Notes under the pieces: model-generated
What the model was told of the DNA's origin: nothing
What the model saw: the letters and a program-made list of their open reading frames with translations, nothing else
Databases searched by the model: none
Origin: Chromera velia
Lineage: Eukaryota
Assembly: GCA_018398765.1 (NCBI GenBank)
Contig: JAHBMJ010000224.1
Coordinates: forward strand, 1 to 53,552
Reading direction: 5' to 3'
Length of the DNA stretch: 53,552 nucleotides
Shown here: positions 47,528-53,552 of the stretch, piece by piece
Numbering within the stretch: the first letter of the stretch is position 1
Layout of the letters: the number at the start of each line of letters is the position of its first letter
Position numbers and translations under genes: made by a program

Positions 47528-50500
47528 ATGAAGGTGGGGAAGACTCTACGGCTCCATCCCTCTGCCGCTTCGCCAGTGCCAGTATTCCTACATTTGAAAG
47601 CCCTTTCTGCCCTCCGCACGCTCCCTTTATCTGCTTTACCCTCCAACGTCTTTCAGACTTTTTCAAGAAATTTGCGCGTGGAAGAGACTGGCCCGCAGCC
47701 CTTGTTCGTCTTCAAGAACAATATGTGCTCGCTTTCCCCGCTTTGATCTTCTTTGCAGGCTGTCGCTGCCGTCGCTCTTTTCTTCTTCCTTGAGGTATAT
47801 CTTCCTTCTGCATCACCGGAAGAACGAAGATCATCCGAGAAACAAGCTTTGCATAAAGCAGAAAAGGAAAGGAAAAGTGCAGAAGACATTAATTCATGCA
47901 CTCGCGTCTCCGGAGTTCTTTCAAAATCATCTCCGCTTTTTCGAAAGAGAGTATTGGGACAAGACACCGCGCTTCATTTGCTTGCCGTCTCTTGGAGACA
48001 AAAAAAGGAGAACAGAGACATTCATTCAGTCTTTGTTCTCTCTGTGTTGACTTGAAGAGACGATGTGAGACGGGCAGAAAGTTGGATCTCCTGATTTGCC
48101 TCCCTTCTGTTCAGAAGTCAATACAGCGACAATTACAAAATGTGTCTGGTTTCTGTCGTTGATTACCAGACCAGTGAATGCCTCAGATGGGAAAAGGGGA
48201 ATTTGAACGTAGGAGACGGAAACTGCGTGCAAAGGAAAGGAAGGATACGTCTGGTTTGGTTTGGCTTGGCTTTGCGTCTCACTCTAGCGCTGTACGGTAG
48301 ACTGGCTTCCCCTTCATCCCCTTCCTCAGCTTGTGTCCAGTCTCCTTGTCCTCCAGTCATGGAGAGAGAGGGGGAGGGCATTGCCAAAAAAATGAGGAGA
48401 GAGAAGGCGAGCGGGAAGGGGAGATGGGGGGGAGGGAGACGGAGGGAACGAGCGTGCGACGAGAACTGAGGCAGGAAAAGGGAAAACCCTGTTGAATGGT
48501 GTCGTACTCCCCCCCCCCTCCCATCAAGCCATTCAGCGCATTGATTGGATTGAGAACTCTTCCTGCTCTATTTGCAGTCTTCTTCAAAAACTCCACACAG
48601 AGTTTTTACACTCCCCCCCCCTTCCCTTTTTGCCTGCAGGTCTCGGCCCGTCTTGTGGGACACCAGAAGTCTGGAGCCCTCGATGCCTACCTCTCGGTTG
48701 ACTCCAAGAGCGCACAGAGCCAAAGCAGCACCAAGAAGGCAAAGTGCGACTGCCTCGCAAGACACATGAGCCTCCTCGGGTGCGTGCGTCAGTTCTCCGG
48801 TCTCTGAATGAACTCTCTCTGCTGTCATTTCTCAGTCAGATCATGTGAATAGACGGGTAGTTGGACGAGCAAAAGAGAGAGGACAGACCAGGCCCAACCA
48901 GACAAACAGACAGACAAGCCGATTTATTCTGGTTTCCCTAGAAATAAAGTTGGATGAGGCGTCGAGCGAAATGGCAGAACAGCCAAGAGACGGACAGAAA
49001 AAGAGACGAAAGGGCAGTGGAAGGCGTCGAGCGAAATGGCAGAACAGCCAAGAGACGGACAGAAAAAGAGACGAAAGGGCAGTGGAAGAAGGGACGGACG
49101 GACGGAGTGGATACACACGACTCTACGTTGACAGAGACAGGCCAACACATCTGTACCGAGAAGAGAAAGGCAGAGAGAGACAGGAAGGAAGAGTCGAGAA
49201 GGGAAAGGACAGTCAGACGAACCGACATTTACAGAGCAACCAGACACAGAAAGACAGGCAAAGAAAGATGAATAGCAGTGAACAGCATGACACTCTCTTC
49301 TCTCACACCCTCTTTCTCTCTCATACCCTCACAGTGCGTGTCGTTCCATTCTCTGTTCGTCTTTCTGGTGCGTCCGTGCGGCGGCAGATCTCTCTTTTTT
49401 TTATGTGTCTCTTCTGGGTGTGTGTCTGTGTGCCTCTAAGTGTCTGCCGTACATCTCTGAGATTGTCTCTTGGGTGTTTGTTTGTGTGCATCAGCAAAGT
49501 CAGGACATTCCTCTCTGTGTTCCTGATGCTTCACAAGTGCAGACAGCCCGACCCCCTCCAGCAGAAGGGAGCTCTGACCGCCTACCTCCAGAACGGAGAG
49601 AAGAAGAAGGACGAGCCCTGCGACTGCATGGAGGAGGGTCAGTGGGGGCCCCGTGCGATGATTATGTCAATATCAGGATGATTGATCTCTTTGAAATAGT
49701 CAGAAAATCATGTTCGAAGAAGTAAAGTGTGTGCTCCGGTCGTGCGTAGAGAATTTCGATAAGCTCTGCGACTAGAAGAAAGAGAGGAGAGAGAGAGAGA
49801 GAGATAGAAAGAGAGAGAGGTGCACTTTCTTTCACTGGGCTAAGCAAGGAAGGAACGAAGAACAATTGAGGGCCGGGAATGGATACACGAAATGCGGGAA
49901 TGACTGAAGAAGAAAGGAAAAGGAAGACAGGTGTCGATGCAGCAACCCCCACACTCCGCCAAAAGAAGGCGTCTGGGTTGGCAGAAGGAAGGATGGGGAG
50001 CAAGTGGCACCCATTGACTGACAGTCGTTCGTCGGTGTTCATTATCCATCCAATGGATACACAGGGGCAGAAAGAAAAGACGCACCTGTAGAGCAGATAA
50101 AAAAAGAGAAAAGAAGAGAGCGTGTGTAGTTGAGCAACGGAAGAAGCAGGCGAGGGTGGGAGAAGACCCGAAATGGAAAGTGAGTGTGTCGAGTGAAACG
50201 AGGGAGGGCAGCACGGCAGTGGGAGGACGATCAGACAAGAAAGATATCTATCTCGCCATCCACTGGCAGAGAAGAAAAGTACGCACGAACAGTTGGCCCC
50301 TTCACTGCCTGGCTGTGCATTCTCGCAACCAAAAAGGAAACAACTGGAAGGGAGGGAGGGGGAGAAGCTGGTTCTCTCGAAAGGGCAACTGCTCGCATTT
50401 CGAGACCGTCTGTATGCGTACTACAACACACAGAAAGGAAGGGAAGAAGGATGAAAAAGAATCGGAGGAACCAGGATAGGAGCCGTGGAAACACGGTCGT

Positions 50501-51410
50501 TTTTTTTGTTCTCTGTGACCCTGCGTGCTTTTGTCAATTTGGCTTGTTCACGTAGTTTGTGGTTTCTTTGTTTGTTTTTAGAGGAATGAGGTGGGCAGAC
50601 AAGGACCTCAGAAGAGTAGAAGGTTCAAAACAGCATGAAAAGAACGTCATAAATGAAAAATGCCAAAGAACAGATCTGTCTGGCTTGCCACCCCTGCATC
50701 TCAAAAGTCTGCCAGACCGCTGACTTCTCACTCTCTTTTGCTTTTTCTATCGGGATCGCATCCCCCCTCTTTTCCTCCTCAGCTCTGCATTGATCCTAGG
50801 CTCCTTGCTTCTTCTGCCCCTGTCTTGTATCGTTCTCTTGCCCCTCTCTTTTCTCCTCGCCTCTCTGTTCCGGCAGAAGCGAATCAGTCGACTATGCTTC
50901 CTCCCCCTCCCTGTCTGAGAACGGAAGAGAGGAAGGTCCCATGCATCCACAACCTGTCTCTAGACTCTGAAGTGCCCTTTTCCATCCGCCTGACTGTGTA
51001 GGTCCGGGACCTCGGTAGCCTAGGGGACCAGTGTTCACTCCAGGAGGTGGTGTTCCTTTTCGTTCTTTTCTTGAGCATTCTTATCCTCATCAGTGTGCTC
51101 TCGTTGACTCTCTGGTCTCTCTCTTTCTGTCTCTGTCTCTGCAGGACCCCACCAGCCTGGCCCCATCGAGCAGCAGTTGACAGCCGGGTTCGACGCCTCC
51201 AAGAGCAACACTGAGAACCAGCAGGCCATGGAGTGCGAGCAGAAGTTCTACGCATGCGAGAAGTGCTGCGCAGGGGACGTGGCGTATCCTCAGGCCTCCA
51301 CTGAGTGGTGCGAGCCTGTGTTGACCTCCGAGGCTGACAAGGACAAGGCCGACAACCCGTGCAAGACCAAGTGCTTGATGATGAAGCAGGACTGCTCAAA
51401 CGCCATCTAA
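47528..51410 (+). CDS. Small secreted cysteine-rich protein, 180 aa; exons 47528-47533, 47759-47794, 48640-48779, 49543-49637, 51145-51410
   Basis: All four GT-AG introns are phase-consistent (0, 0, 2, 1). The N-terminus MKAVAAVALFFFLEVSA resembles a signal peptide, and the protein has 12 Cys. Confidence 0.8.
48957..49086. repeat. 65-bp tandem duplication in an intron
   Basis: AGGCGTCGAGCGAAATGGCAGAACAGCCAAGAGACGGACAGAAAAAGAGACGAAAGGGCAGTGGA at 48957 and 49022. Confidence 0.95.
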
Positions 51411-53017
51411 GCGCGAGGGGGGGGGAGTGGCAGATGGATGGGGAGACGGTTGAAGAGACACACACACCTTGTCTGGCCTGCCATCAGAGTTCTGAGGGTC
51501 TTGGACGCGTCCTCTGATTGCCTGTCCTCTCAGGGTGCTGCCCTCGGCCTCTCTTTGTCTGTCTGCCTGTTGGTTGGGGTGGTTGGTGCAGTCGCTGTTG
51601 TTTGTTTGGAGTTTTGAAGTGATTGTGACATGGCTTAAGTTGACCGGTCTGATTTGATTTGTTGTTGTGTCGTCAGACACATGGGAAGAAAGAGGGGGGT
51701 GGGTGTCCTGCTGTTCGTCCGACCTTCCTTTTTCATTCGGTGGTTGCACAGTGAAAAGAAGAGAACACAAAAATGATCCTTCGGTGTGCATGGGGAGAAT
51801 TGGGAAAAAGAAAAGCAAAAACAACTGTGATCCGACTGTGAGGGTCACGCTAGTCTTCGAGAGAGCTGGGAGAGAGCTAGGCGGCGAAAAAAAGAAATGT
51901 GAATTCCCGCAGAGAATGCGCAGAAGAGCGGGAGGAAGGAATGTGAAGAGCCTGAGAACCGGAAGGTGGTTTGGTGTCTGTTTGGGTAACCAATCATCAG
52001 GCAGACAGGCACGGATGATACGCTAATTGAGAAAGTGGGAACGATCGCGTCCGTTGTCCGTCCGTGCATTCGATCCGACACCTCTCTCGTCTTTTCACAC
52101 TCCGCCATGCCATGCTTGTAGCCTGATCGAGCTCCTTTCACAGGTTGTGGCTGCATGCGCATCAACTTCCCTCACTGAGCAACTCTGAGTTGTGCACAAT
52201 GCAAACGGAGCCGGATTGAGCGGCTAAATGTTGTTACTTTGTCCTCCAGTTCAACAGTAAGCTTGACAGCAAAGCCTAGCATCAAAGCGCAACCTATCCC
52301 AGCCCCTGTTGCATGCCTGACCCGTTCAATTTAATTTTCTCGCAGTCTTTTATCTCGTTTTTTATAAAAAAATTCTAATAAAATTTCCGTTTAGGTTTTA
52401 AAAGCTTAATTGTGGATATATCTTTCTACGTGTAGATTGCTGTACGAAAATAAAGTTAGAAATAAGTGTATGGTTTGTGTGACATTGTCTAGGATATTGC
52501 ATGCAAACATGTTGTCTAATCAATAATTTCATATATTAATATTTCTCAAGAAGTGCAGTTTGTTACTTTACTACTCGAATTCGATAATTTTTCTTAGGTT
52601 TTTTTCTTGGGTACAAGTCGTTCTAATATTTTCTACAGGGACGCACAAGGATACTGGAATTACATCGATAGATCATTCGCATGGCGCCTGCGCACCCGGG
52701 CGCGTCGACTCGCCGTCGACGCATCTATCATGCACCGTCTACGTGCATCCGTCCGAGCTAGAATGCTGCGGGCTTGGCGCGTCAGTCTCATTCAGTTTCA
52801 GATATGTCGATCATCATCAGACGAATATTTAAGAGGTGAAAAGGCATCGTCTGCCTCCAGTTGAAGTGGCGTGAGCAGCCGTCCAATCCATGCGAGGCAC
52901 AGGCAAGGACATTGCTTACACCATCATACCGTTTGTCGGCACCAGAAAGAGAGTTGGGGGCCTCTGTATGTGATGCCGTCTCCGCGTCTCCGCCTACGTT
53001 CCTGATGTCTCGATGAT

Positions 53018-53379
53018 TCAGCGACTGAGAGTCACAAAGCCTGTACATGGGTTCCTTGCCTCACTCATCGAAAAGCCGCTGTGCCGTCTTCCTCCAGGCG
53101 GTGACTTTTGCCCTCGACCTGCCGGTCTGGCGCGGGCGGTTCGGAGACTGTCAGCCAGCGTCTCTGTGAAGACCAAATTCGAGAACCAGAAAGGAGACGG
53201 CGATGAGAACGGGAGGAGCGGGGAGACGGAGTTCCGAGATGAAGAAGCAGAGTTGTCAGCTTCGAAGAAGGGCTGCAAGGCCAGTGCCTGGCTGTCGCTT
53301 TTCATTAATTCGCGAGCAGTCTCGGGTGCGCAATCCAAAGGAATGAAAGTCTGCGTGTGTCGATACGTGTCTTTGCTCA

Positions 53380-53380
<1 letters not shown>
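53018..53380 (-). CDS. Possible coding exon or ORF, product unknown
   Basis: 120-aa ATG-initiated ORF with protein-like composition next to a (TG)n tract; no motif recognised. Confidence 0.3.

Positions 53381-53552
<172 letters not shown>

Noticed and set aside
48357..48596. Antisense ORF MEFLKKTANRAGRV... in an intron
   Set aside because: GTG start, runs into low-complexity sequence and has no recognisable motif.

Overview
Intron-rich eukaryotic genomic DNA with microsatellite-filled introns, GT-AG splicing and TGCATG-rich promoters. The style suggests a chromerid alveolate such as Chromera velia; this is inference and was not searched. Most ORF-track entries are spurious. Supported genes: an intronless nitronate monooxygenase (8282-9397 +), a CCCH zinc-finger protein (-), a large multi-exon AT-hook plus dynamin-like P-loop GTPase (+), a split 2OG-Fe(II) dioxygenase-like gene resembling a giant-virus (NCLDV) family (39214-40172 -), MYCBP (+), a RING-TRAF-MATH protein (-) and a small secreted Cys-rich protein (+). 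Six of these form three head-to-head pairs around short GC-rich, GCATGC-containing cores. A non-coding element with an internal minisatellite occurs twice (4019-7933 and 34525-37709). Comparing the copies reveals a 500-bp TG...CA insertion with a 6-bp target duplication in one and a 239-bp MITE with an 8-bp target duplication in the other. Both foreign-looking genes lie near a copy of this element. No CRISPR array, rRNA or tRNA was recognised.
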